This document shows positions 52,460 to 61,010 of a DNA stretch of 64,000 nt, piece after piece (the stretch's first letter is position 1; each line of letters starts with the position of its first letter). The notes below the pieces were generated by a model. The model ran no database searches. It was not told where the DNA came from and was given only the letters and a program-made list of their open reading frames with translations. Position numbers and translations under genes: made by a program. This DNA is from Pseudomonadota bacterium (GTDB lineage: Bacteria; Pseudomonadota; Gammaproteobacteria; Burkholderiales; Burkholderiaceae_C), in contig JBEBDJ010000111.1 of assembly GCA_041157045.1 (NCBI GenBank), positions 860-64,859 of the forward strand, read 5' to 3'.

Positions 52460-53995
52460 ATGGGCTTGTCTTTGGTGCATGGCCGCGCGCTGGCGGGCCT
52501 GCAGGCGCCGTCGGTGACGGTGGAGGTGCATCTGGCCAATGGCCTGCCGAGCTTCACGCTGGTGGGCCTGGCCGATGTGGAGGTCAAGGAAGCGCGCGAG
52601 CGGGTGCGCTCGGCCATTCTCAACAGCGGGCTGGACTTTCCACACAACCAGCGCATCACCGTCAACCTGGCGCCGGCCGATCTGCCCAAGGACTCGGGGC
52701 GGCTGGACCTGCCGATGGCGCTGGGCATTCTGGCCGCCAGCGGGCAGATCGACGGGGCCCGCCTGGCCGGCACGGTGTGGGCGGGCGAGCTGTCGCTGAC
52801 CGGCGAGCTGCGCCCGGTGCGCGGGGCCTTGGCCATGGCGCTGGCCATGCAGCGCGAGGCCGGGTCGGGCCCGCCCGCGCGCCTGGTGCTGCCCCCAGGC
52901 TGTGCCCAGGAGGCCGCGCTGGTGCCCGGCAGCGTGGTCTACCAGGCCACGCACCTGCTCGATGTGGTGCAGCAGTGCCGACCCGAGGGCGAGCAGGCGC
53001 CGGCCCCGGGCTGGCAGCGGGTGCTGGCCGCCCCTGGCGGGCCGCCCGCGCGCGTTGGGCCCGATCTGGCCGATGTGAAAGGCCAGGCGGCGGCGCGGCG
53101 CGCGCTCGAGATCGCAGCGGCGGGCGGCCACTCGCTGCTGATGGTGGGGCCGCCCGGCTCGGGCAAGTCGATGCTGGCGCAGCGCCTGGCCGGCTTGCTG
53201 CCCCCCATGTCGGTGCAGGAGGCCCTGGAGAGCGCGGCCCTGCACAGCCTGAGCGGGCACTTTGACCCGCGCCACTGGGCCGAGCGGCCCACGCGCGCGC
53301 CGCACCACAGCGCCAGCGCGGTGGCACTGGTGGGCGGGGGCTCGCCCCCACGCCCGGGCGAGATCTCGCTGGCGCACCAGGGCGTGCTGTTTCTGGACGA
53401 GCTGCCCGAGTTTCCGCGCCATGCGCTGGAGGCGCTGCGCGAGCCGCTCGAGAGCGGGCACATCACGATCGCGCGGGCGGCGCGGCGGGCGGATTTTCCA
53501 GCGCGCTTTCAGCTGGTGGCGGCCATGAACCCCTGCCCCTGCGGGCACCTGGGCAGCGCGCTGCAGCGCTGCCGCTGCACGCCCGAGCAGGTGGCGCGCT
53601 ACCAGGGCAAGTTGAGCGGCCCGCTGCTCGACCGCATCGACCTGCAGGTGGAGGTGGCGGCGCTGTCGCCGCAGGCGCTGATGGACGCCGGCCCTGGCGA
53701 GGCGAGCGCGCCGGTGGCCGAGCGTTGCGCGCGTGCCCATGCCCGCGCGCTGGCGCGCCAGGGCGTGGCCAACCAGGCGCTGCAAGGCCAGGCCCTGGCC
53801 GAGCACGCCCACCTGACCGCGGCGGCCAGCCAGTGGCTGCAGCGCGCAGCGCTGCAACTGGGCTGGAGCGGCCGCGGCCTGCACCGCAGCTTGCGGGTGG
53901 CGCGCACCATCGCCGACCTGGCGGGCAGCGACACCATCGACACGCCCCAGGTGGCCGAAGCGGTGCAGCTGCGGCGGGCGCTGGTGGGGGGGTGA
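52460..53995 (+). CDS. comM: YifB/ComM Mg-chelatase-like AAA+ ATPase
   Basis: VKEARERV, NLAPADLPK, GELSLTG, GPPGSGKSM, PHHSAS, FLDELPEF, MNPCPCG, SGPLLDRIDL. Confidence 0.95.
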   Translation: MGLSLVHGRALAGLQAPSVTVEVHLANGLPSFTLVGLADVEVKEARERVRSAILNSGLDFPHNQRITVNLAPADLPKDSGRLDLPMALGILAASGQIDGARLAGTVWAGELSLTGELRPVRGALAMALAMQREAGSGPPARLVLPPGCAQEAALVPGSVVYQATHLLDVVQQCRPEGEQAPAPGWQRVLAAPGGPPARVGPDLADVKGQAAARRALEIAAAGGHSLLMVGPPGSGKSMLAQRLAGLLPPMSVQEALESAALHSLSGHFDPRHWAERPTRAPHHSASAVALVGGGSPPRPGEISLAHQGVLFLDELPEFPRHALEALREPLESGHITIARAARRADFPARFQLVAAMNPCPCGHLGSALQRCRCTPEQVARYQGKLSGPLLDRIDLQVEVAALSPQALMDAGPGEASAPVAERCARAHARALARQGVANQALQGQALAEHAHLTAAASQWLQRAALQLGWSGRGLHRSLRVARTIADLAGSDTIDTPQVAEAVQLRRALVGG

Positions 53996-54006
53996 GGGCT
54001 GCTCAG
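53638..54006 (+). repeat. direct repeat copy 1 (comM 3' end plus 11 bp)
   Basis: Matches 57057-57257 in three near-identical blocks. Confidence 0.9.
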
Positions 54007-54019
54007 TGACCACAGCCTC

Positions 54020-54329
54020 ATGAGCACGTGCTCAGATGCCATCGCCAAGTACGGACTCGAAGATGGCGAGGTGTTGAAATCCTGGCTGCGAACTTTCAAC
54101 TTTGTTCGCAACGACGCTGCACATCACTCCCGGCTCTGGAACCGCGTCAACACTGACAGCCCCGTGCTGCCCCCCCGCTGGAGAGATGTCGGTGTCAATG
54201 CCGGATGAATGGATGGCCTCCAAGGGCGCCCGGCCCACCAGCAAGGCCAGCGCAGCGCTCATCGTCTTTGTTTGGCTCTTGGCTTGCTGGGCTGCCTGGG
54301 ACTGGTGGTCAGCTCTGCAGAGCGTCTAG
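54020..54329 (+). pseudogene. Abi-like (AbiF/AbiD HEPN) C-terminal remnant
   Basis: SWLRTFNFVRNDAAHHSRLWNR (R-X4-H HEPN motif); probable frameshift in the C7 run at 54170-54176; N-terminus missing. Confidence 0.65.
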
Positions 54330-54599
54330 CCGGCGGTGCAACACGACCCAACGCTGGCAAATACCGCAATGCCAGCAAGCGTTTCAGTCGGCGCCCCTCA
54401 CAAGCCAGTCTGCATGCAAAAGCCTTGCCGGCTTGATCGCCGCGCCCCGTTGTCATCCATCCGACGCTACCAACGGCGTTCCCCTCACCATGATTTAGGC
54501 GCTGTCACCTCATCGTGTTGGTGGATAAGATGCGGCGCCATGCACCGTCGTGATATCCAGCGGCTTGTGGACGCTTTGAAAGCTCCCACGACGATTGGC

Positions 54600-55985
54600 T
54601 CAAGCGCTTGAGACTTCAAATCTCCGTAGCACCTTCTCGAGCTCGGGGGATGCGATTTGGTCCAAGCTCCGAATGGCCCCCTCCAAGTACGCCATGTCCT
54701 GTTCAGACGCGCCGAAATTCTCGAAAACCGGCTTCCACGCACGAGCCGCCAGCCACACCTCGTGCAGGGCCTTCAGCGCTTCCACCTTGCTCGAAAAGTA
54801 CACAGCCCAGTGGGTCATCAAGTTGTCCAAGGTGGCCAGCCTGCCCCTTTCCCCAACCTCCAGGTGCAGCATCCGTTCCTGGGCAACCACGCTCATGGGG
54901 AGCACGTCATAGAGCGGGCTGAGGGTCCATCCTTTCGCTTTCACCTGGTACAGGAATCCGTGATTGCGCAAGTGGTCATCCGTGTTGGTGACGAAGATGT
55001 TGAGCGCCTGCCGCTTGAACAGCTCACGCAGGTCCCGCGCGAGGTATTTGGGGAGCGCGCGGGCACGCATTTGCGCTGCGAGGGCCTTGTAGGAACTTGC
55101 ATCACGCTCATGGATGCCCATGAGCGTGAGTGCCGAGCAAAAGCCTATGCGGCCTTCGATCGGCTGTCGTCCGGTCACGCCCTCCAATGGCTCCCAACTT
55201 TCTTTGTCGGGGTCCGGAGCGCCCCCAGGCTCTGCCCAGTAGCGGTCGAATCGCCGGATGAAGAGCACCGTGGCATCGCCTACCTGCTTGACCTCGACTG
55301 GGGGGACACGAAGCCCCGCAGCACGCGCAAGCTCCAAAGCACCAGCTTCGAGGACAGCGTTACAGGCGCGGTCTGACTTGGATGGGAACTTGGCGAGCCA
55401 GAGAACACCGTCATCGGTGCGCACGGACGCCTTAGGCCGCGCGCCGCCGGCGCTTCCAAGGCTTTCAAAGTAGACGGCGAGGTCCTCCCCGACATATTCC
55501 TCATTCTCGATGCGGTCCGCTGCCTCCATGAGGCGCGCCAGGTCCAACTCGGCGGACACCGGTGCCGTCGCCTCGGAATCCAGTGCGCGGCGCACATCCA
55601 AAGCACCCACACGGTCTGAGCCTGCTTCCAAGAGATAGGCCACTTCCGGCAGCTTGTTGGCAGCCACCTTGAGCTTGTTCTCAATGACCCTGCGCCCCCA
55701 AGCGTCCGGGGCCGCATCGCGGATACCCCCGAACTCCGTGAGCCCAGCCAAGACAAAGCGCTTGGTTCCACCTGCCTCATCCTTCAGTGGCAAGGCCACG
55801 GGGTCCACCTCGACTGGATAGGGGCGCTGCACGTAGCGCTTGCCGTAGACGAAAACAGGCTCCGTGGTGTTTGCGCCTTGCAGCGAACCCGCTGGCACAA
55901 AGTCAGCGCCATGCTCATCCGCCACGTGTGCGAACACGAAAACGTCACTGGGTGGGCGGGCATAGGGGTTCCTGTCAGAAGTCAT
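54600..55985 (-). CDS. hipA: HipA-family toxin kinase
   Basis: DAAPDAWGR, DRVGAL, GSAGGARPK, LAKFPS, RRFDR, NTDDHLRNHGF, LSPLYD. Confidence 0.92.
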   Translation of the reverse strand: MTSDRNPYARPPSDVFVFAHVADEHGADFVPAGSLQGANTTEPVFVYGKRYVQRPYPVEVDPVALPLKDEAGGTKRFVLAGLTEFGGIRDAAPDAWGRRVIENKLKVAANKLPEVAYLLEAGSDRVGALDVRRALDSEATAPVSAELDLARLMEAADRIENEEYVGEDLAVYFESLGSAGGARPKASVRTDDGVLWLAKFPSKSDRACNAVLEAGALELARAAGLRVPPVEVKQVGDATVLFIRRFDRYWAEPGGAPDPDKESWEPLEGVTGRQPIEGRIGFCSALTLMGIHERDASSYKALAAQMRARALPKYLARDLRELFKRQALNIFVTNTDDHLRNHGFLYQVKAKGWTLSPLYDVLPMSVVAQERMLHLEVGERGRLATLDNLMTHWAVYFSSKVEALKALHEVWLAARAWKPVFENFGASEQDMAYLEGAIRSLDQIASPELEKVLRRFEVSSA

Positions 55986-56424
55986 ACGGGTCCTTTTCAG
56001 CCTTGCGCTTCGCGGTCATTTCGCTAGGTTGCCCAGCATCAGACTTGAAGGTCGCCTTGGACCCGCTATTGGTACGAAAAGCGGAGACCAGGTCCTTGTG
56101 TCCAGCGCTTGCATTTGACTTGTAGACGCGCTGGACGCGGGGGGCTTCATTGAAGACACGCACGGCGGCCGACTTGCCTGTCAGCAAGCCAGCCAAGGTC
56201 AGCTCGGGCTCCAAGGCATGCAAGTAGCGCAGGACCTGCGATAGCGTGCGGCTTTCGTTCCCCTGCTCCAGCAGTACTGCGGTGGACCGCGAAACACCTG
56301 CGCGCGCTGCCGCCTCACTCTGGGTCATGCCGCGCGCAATGCGCAGTGTGCGGAGCTGGGCGCCAATCTGCTCTGCCTCTTTGAGACGGACTTCAGGCGT
56401 GCGCAGTGATTCGTCATATTTCAT
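55975..56424 (-). CDS. XRE-family HTH antitoxin (HipB-like)
   Basis: LRTLRIARGMTQSEAAARAGVSRSTAVLLEQG; overlaps the hipA start by 11 bp. Confidence 0.85.
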   Translation of the reverse strand: MKYDESLRTPEVRLKEAEQIGAQLRTLRIARGMTQSEAAARAGVSRSTAVLLEQGNESRTLSQVLRYLHALEPELTLAGLLTGKSAAVRVFNEAPRVQRVYKSNASAGHKDLVSAFRTNSGSKATFKSDAGQPSEMTAKRKAEKDPYDF

Positions 56425-56501
56425 GGATTTCCCGTATAGGTGGAACCCTTTGCTGCAAGGCGGCAGTAACCGGCGGGGCTGTGACCTGGCGCAGCTGGCT
56501 G

Positions 56502-56647
56502 TGTCTGCAATCGCAGTCCTTGTCTCGTATAAGGACTGAAATTATGGTCATTTTCTCACTGAATCCGATGACAGTCAAGGCGATTCCAGTGCTTGCTATG
56601 TCGCCAATAACAATCACTCCACCGGGCAATGACTGCGATTGGCGGCA
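56502..56647. promoter_or_regulatory. array of five 18-bp operator-like sites upstream of the XRE-hipA operon
   Basis: 56502-19, 56533-50, 56556-73, 56599-616 and 56630-47 all approximate TGNC-N8-CAGTCA. Confidence 0.6.
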
Positions 56648-56831
56648 TAGCGTCCATTGACTACGGGGTTCCAATCAAGGCCACCAACACCATGGGGTGA
56701 CAGAGCCAATACCATTGGGTCCCGCGCCATTCGCACCTTAATCTTGAGCTTCTCGGGTTGGCAACTGTGTGATGACCGTCTGACAAGACTGGTGGCAAAA
56801 CACCCACAAATGTTGAATAAAGTGGCGCATC

Positions 56832-57065
56832 GTGACTGTCCACACATTCACCAGCCGCGAGTTCAATCAAGACGTATACGCCGCCCAGAAGGCTGCGCAG
56901 GACGGACCTGTATTCATCACTGACCGGGGCAGGCCCGCCTACGTGCTGCTGAGAATTGACGGGTGTCTGTGCCTGACCAACAAGGGCCCTTCCATCGTGA
57001 TGGCCTTGAGCGGTCGAACTCGATGTCAGCTGCAGCAGGCATGCTCAGCAGCTCAACGACCTGCA
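56832..57065 (+). pseudogene. Phd/YefM-family antitoxin disrupted by an internal inversion
   Basis: TFTSREFNQDV..A.KAAQDGPVFITDRGRPAYVLL; expected C-terminus VELLSMPAAADIEFD lies on the opposite strand at 56999-57055; no cognate toxin. Confidence 0.75.
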
Positions 57066-57257
57066 GGTGGAGGTGGCGGCCCTGTCGCCGCAGGCGCTGC
57101 ATGGCCAGGCCCTGGCCGAGCACGCCCACCTGACCGCAGCTTGCGGGTGGCGCGCACCATCGCCGACCTGGCGGGCAACGACACCATCGACACCCCCCAG
57201 GTGGCCGAAGTGGTGCAGCTGCGGCGGGCGCTGGTGGGGGGGGTGAGCGCTGCTCAG
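57057..57257 (+). repeat. direct repeat copy 2 (degenerate comM 3' end)
   Basis: Copy of 53638-54006 with 102-bp and 67-bp deletions at CAGGCGCTG and ACCGC microhomologies plus a few substitutions. Confidence 0.9.
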
Positions 57258-58126
57258 AGCGGGCGCAACGGGTCTTCTAGCCGGTAGACGCGGCGTGCGT
57301 TCTCGCCCAGCACCGCCTGGCGCTCGGCCGGCGACAGGGGCGCCAGCAGGGCCTGGGTGTGCGCCCACCAGGCGGCATAGGGGCCGGCCTGCTCCAGCAC
57401 CGGCCAGTCGCTGCCCCACAGCAGGCGCTGCGGGCCCCAGATGTGCAGCAGGGCTTGCGCCCACGCCTGCACATGGGCGCAGGGCTGGCCCGCCGGGGCC
57501 TCGGTCCACAGACCCGAGAGCTTGCAGACGATGCGGCCGTGCGGGGCCAGATCGGCCAGGGCCTGCAGGCCCTGCGCCCAGGCCTGCCAGGCCGCGCTGC
57601 CGGGCGCGCTCGCCGCGTCCATGCGCGGCTTGGCCCCGTGGTCGATGACGATGCGCAGGCCCGGGTGCGCGCGCGCCACCTGCTGCAGCACCGGCAGGTG
57701 GCGCGGCTGGATCAGCGCGTCCAGCACCAGGCCACATTCGGCCATCGCCGCCAGGGCGGGCTGCACCGCCGGCTGCGCAATCCAGTCGGTGTCGGCCAGG
57801 TCCTGCAGCATCGGCCGCAGGCCCACCAGGCGCGGCTGCGCGGCGCGCGCGCGCACCTGGGCCGGGGCGTCGGGCGCGGTCAGGTCGACCCAGCCCACCA
57901 CGCCCAGCACCCTGGGGTGGGCGGCCGCCTGCGCCAGCAGAAAGTCGGTTTCGGCGGCGGTGGGGGCGGCCTGCACCAACACCCCGCCCTGCACGCCGTG
58001 CGGCGCGGCCTCGTGCCACCAGTGCGGCACCTGCACCTCGCGCCACAGCGGCCCCAGCGCCGGCGTGAGCCAGCCGTAATCACCGCGTGCGGGCTGCCAG
58101 GCGTGAAAGTGGGCGTCCAGGCTCAT
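57254..58126 (-). CDS. amidohydrolase-family sugar lactonase (L-fuconolactonase-like)
   Basis: DAHFHAW, VLVQA, GVVGWVD, IDHGAKP, CKLSG, WGSDWPV. Confidence 0.87.
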   Translation of the reverse strand: MSLDAHFHAWQPARGDYGWLTPALGPLWREVQVPHWWHEAAPHGVQGGVLVQAAPTAAETDFLLAQAAAHPRVLGVVGWVDLTAPDAPAQVRARAAQPRLVGLRPMLQDLADTDWIAQPAVQPALAAMAECGLVLDALIQPRHLPVLQQVARAHPGLRIVIDHGAKPRMDAASAPGSAAWQAWAQGLQALADLAPHGRIVCKLSGLWTEAPAGQPCAHVQAWAQALLHIWGPQRLLWGSDWPVLEQAGPYAAWWAHTQALLAPLSPAERQAVLGENARRVYRLEDPLRPL

Positions 58127-59130
58127 GCGGCCTCGGCCGGGGTGGGGGCATGGGCGGGCAGCAGGCCCTCGTGCACCAGCTCGGCCCACAGCGCAGCGGG
58201 GATGGGCTGGCGCGCATGGGCGCGCGCCTGCTGCCACTCGCGGGTGTGGCGCACGCCCAGCAGCACCATCTGCACCTGCGGATGCGCCAGCACAAACTGC
58301 AGCGCCGCCGCCGGCAGCGGGGTCTGGTGCCGATCGCACACCGCCTGCAGGTGCAGCGCCTTGTCCAGCCAGGGCTGGGGGGCGCGCGCATAGTTGAAGG
58401 TGGGCGTCTGCCCCGGCTGCAGGCGCTGCGCCAGAATGCCCGAATTGAACACGCCGCCCAGGGCCAGCGCCACCTGGCGGCGGCCCAGCTCGGGCAGCAG
58501 GTCCAGGGCCGAGGGGTCCAGCAGGCTGTAGCGGCCCGCCAGCAGCAGGGCCTGCAGGTCGGCGTGCGCCAGCAACTGGCGCACCACCGCCTGGTCGTTC
58601 ACGCCCAGGCCCACCGCGCCCACCAGGCCCTCGCGGCGCAGTTGGTGCAGGGTGGGCAGGGCCTCGTCGATCACCTGGGGCAGCACCTGCGCGGCCGGCC
58701 CGGCCACGTCGATGTCGTGCAGGAACACCGCATCCAGGCGCGCCAGACCCAGGCGCTGCAGGCTGTCCTCGACGCTGCGGCGCACGCCCGCGGCCGAGAA
58801 GTCCCAGTGCTGCACAAATGGCAGGGTCTGCACATAGCTGTGCTGCTCGGCCGGGGCCGCCGCGTCGGGGCGCAGCAGCCGCCCGACCTTGCTCGAGAGG
58901 GTGTAGTGCTGCCGGGGCTGCGCGCGCAGCGCGTCGCCGATGCGCCGCTCCGACAGGCCGTGGCCGTAATGCGGCGCGGTGTCGTAGCAGCGCCCGCCGT
59001 CGGCCCAGACCTGCGCCAGCAGTTCGCGCGCCTGCGCGTCGGGCACCGGGGCAAACAGATTGCCCAGGGGGGCACCGCCCAAGCCCAGGCGGGTCCCGTC
59101 GGTACAGGCGTGAAACACCAGCTCGGTCAT
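58123..59130 (-). CDS. aldo/keto reductase (D-threo-aldose/L-fucose dehydrogenase-like)
   Basis: GLGGAPLGNL, YDTAPHYGHGLSE, SKVGRLL, DSLQRLG, LHD, LAGRYSLLD, GVFNSG. Confidence 0.88.
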   Translation of the reverse strand: MTELVFHACTDGTRLGLGGAPLGNLFAPVPDAQARELLAQVWADGGRCYDTAPHYGHGLSERRIGDALRAQPRQHYTLSSKVGRLLRPDAAAPAEQHSYVQTLPFVQHWDFSAAGVRRSVEDSLQRLGLARLDAVFLHDIDVAGPAAQVLPQVIDEALPTLHQLRREGLVGAVGLGVNDQAVVRQLLAHADLQALLLAGRYSLLDPSALDLLPELGRRQVALALGGVFNSGILAQRLQPGQTPTFNYARAPQPWLDKALHLQAVCDRHQTPLPAAALQFVLAHPQVQMVLLGVRHTREWQQARAHARQPIPAALWAELVHEGLLPAHAPTPAEAA

Positions 59131-59154
59131 GGCAGAACAGGGGATGGATGGGAT

Positions 59155-59260
59155 GCTGACATGTTAGCGATCTGACCGGGCTTGACAAGCGGGCAGACGG
59201 CGCTCGGCCTCAGGGTTTGACCGCATGCGCAGGCTGGGGTGGCGGGACTAACATGTCAGT
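59155..59260. promoter_or_regulatory. pair of probable GntR operators
   Basis: CTGACATGTTAG (59156-67) and CTAACATGTCAG (59248-59) are near-palindromic and exact reverse complements, one near each divergent start. Confidence 0.7.
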
Positions 59261-59283
59261 CGTTTGCATCCACTTGCCCCATT

Positions 59284-60003
59284 GTGCGTCCCGCCCCCAC
59301 CCTGTCGCTGCGCGCCCGCGCCTACGAGAATTTTCGCCAGCAGATCCTGGGCGCGAACATCCGGCCGGGCCAGTTTGTCTCGCAGCGCGAGCTGATGCAG
59401 CTGCTCGACATGCCGCTGGGCGCGGTGCGCGAGCTGATCCCGCGCCTGGAGGCCGAGGGCCTGTTGCGCACGGTGCCCCAGCGCGGCCTGCAGATTGCGC
59501 ATGTCGACCTGGCCCTGATCCACAACGCCTTTCAGCTGCGCGGCCTGCTCGAGCGCGAGGCGGCGCTGCGCTTTGTGCAGGTGGTCAGCGCCTCCGAACT
59601 CGACGCCATCGAGCAGGCGCACCGCGAGATCGTCGAGCGCGCACGCCGCGGCCCCATCGACGACGAGCTGCTCACCGACGCGACCTCGGTCGACTGGGGC
59701 CTGCACGACCTGATGATCGATTCGCTGGGCAATGAGCTGATCTCGCAAACCTACCGCATCAACAGCCTGCGCGTGCGCCTGATCCACCTGGAGCGCTCGA
59801 CGCTCTCGTCCGAGGTGCTGCTGCCGGCCATGCAGGAGCACCTGAACCTGATCGAGGCGCTGCAGCAACGCGACCCGCAGCGGGTGGCGCAGCGCCTGGC
59901 CTTTCACATCGACTGCGCGCACCAGCGCGTGCTGGGGCAGGACCGGCGCGTGCTCGCGGCCGGCGCCGTGCCGCAGGACGCGGGCGCGGTCTTCTCGTCC
60001 TGA
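59284..60003 (+). CDS. GntR/FCD-family regulator
   Basis: AYE..RQQI....RPGQ..SQREL....P...VRE...RLEAEGL...PQRG; DWGLH, MQEH; start (GTG) uncertain. Confidence 0.88.
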   Translation: MRPAPTLSLRARAYENFRQQILGANIRPGQFVSQRELMQLLDMPLGAVRELIPRLEAEGLLRTVPQRGLQIAHVDLALIHNAFQLRGLLEREAALRFVQVVSASELDAIEQAHREIVERARRGPIDDELLTDATSVDWGLHDLMIDSLGNELISQTYRINSLRVRLIHLERSTLSSEVLLPAMQEHLNLIEALQQRDPQRVAQRLAFHIDCAHQRVLGQDRRVLAAGAVPQDAGAVFSS

Positions 60004-60015
60004 CCCCCCACTGGA

Positions 60016-60951
60016 ATGCCCATGCACGACTTTCTCAACGATCGCAACGGTTTTCGCGGCGCCTGGCCGGCCCTGCTCACGCCCCTGGATGCGCAGCTGA
60101 ACATCGACCACGACCGCTTTGCCGCGCACGCCCAATCGCTGCTGGCCGCCGGCTGCGGCGGGGTGACGCTTTTTGGCACCACCGGCGAGGGCCCGTCCTT
60201 TTCTGTGGCCGAGCGCCAGGAGGCGCTGGTGCAGATGCTGGCGCGCGGCGTGCCGGCCGAGCGCATCATCGTCTCGACCAGCTGCGCCAGCGCCGCCGAA
60301 ACCGGGGTGCTGACCCGCCACGCGGTGGCGCAAGGGGTGCACGGCTGCCTGGTGCTGGCGCCGTTTTTCTTCCAGGGCGTGAGCGACGCCGGCATCCTGG
60401 CCTGCTACGACGAGGTGATCGCCGCTGTGGGGCACCGCGACTGGCGCCTCTACCTCTACCACATCCCCCAGGTCACCGGGGTGGGGCTGTCGCAAGCGGT
60501 GATTGCCGCGCTGCTGCAGCGCTACCCGGGCCTGGTCGTGGGCATCAAGGACAGTGCCTGCGAGCGCGCGCACTCGGTGGGCCTGGCGCAGGCCTTCATG
60601 CCGCCGATCACGGTGTACGTGGGCAACGAGCCCGATCTGCCGACCATGGGGCGCCTGGGCAGCACCGGCGCCATCAGCGGGCTGGCGAATTTTCTGCCGC
60701 GCGTGGTCACCCGCCTGGTGCTCACGCCCGATGCGCCGGGCACCGCGCACGACGCCGCGCGCATCGACGCGGCGCTGGATCTGGTGCGCCCGCATGTCAT
60801 GATCCCGGCCTTCAAGAGCATCATGGCCACCCTGAACCAAGACCCCGCCTGGCTGCGCGTGCGCGCGCCGCTGGTGGCCATGGACGCGGCCACACATGCC
60901 GCGTTTTCTGCCACCATTGGGGCGTTTGCCATCGACCGCGCACGCGAGTGA
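60016..60951 (+). CDS. DapA/NAL-family class I aldolase or dehydratase
   Basis: GTTGEG, LYHIP, GIKDS (Schiff-base Lys). Confidence 0.9.
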   Translation: MPMHDFLNDRNGFRGAWPALLTPLDAQLNIDHDRFAAHAQSLLAAGCGGVTLFGTTGEGPSFSVAERQEALVQMLARGVPAERIIVSTSCASAAETGVLTRHAVAQGVHGCLVLAPFFFQGVSDAGILACYDEVIAAVGHRDWRLYLYHIPQVTGVGLSQAVIAALLQRYPGLVVGIKDSACERAHSVGLAQAFMPPITVYVGNEPDLPTMGRLGSTGAISGLANFLPRVVTRLVLTPDAPGTAHDAARIDAALDLVRPHVMIPAFKSIMATLNQDPAWLRVRAPLVAMDAATHAAFSATIGAFAIDRARE

Positions 60952-61010
60952 GCGCGAAGCCCCGTTCCCAACCCATCCCCTGTGTTCCAACCACCGCCTA
61001 GGAGACAACC

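Larger units (their letters stand above)
54007..57056. mobile_element. degenerate accessory islet (toxin-antitoxin/defence cargo) at the comM 3' end
   Basis: Bounded by the duplicated comM end, visibly lower GC and different codon usage, TA/Abi cargo; no recombinase seen. Confidence 0.7.

Noticed and set aside
54330-54599. Short ORFs between the Abi remnant and hipA
   Set aside because: No recognisable motifs or RBS; probably decayed sequence
56502-56647. Mini CRISPR array
   Set aside because: Repeats are 18 bp, degenerate, in mixed orientation and irregularly spaced; no cas genes
56832-57287. 151-aa ORF as a genuine protein
   Set aside because: Chimera of the Phd N-terminus, the inverted segment and the deleted comM repeat
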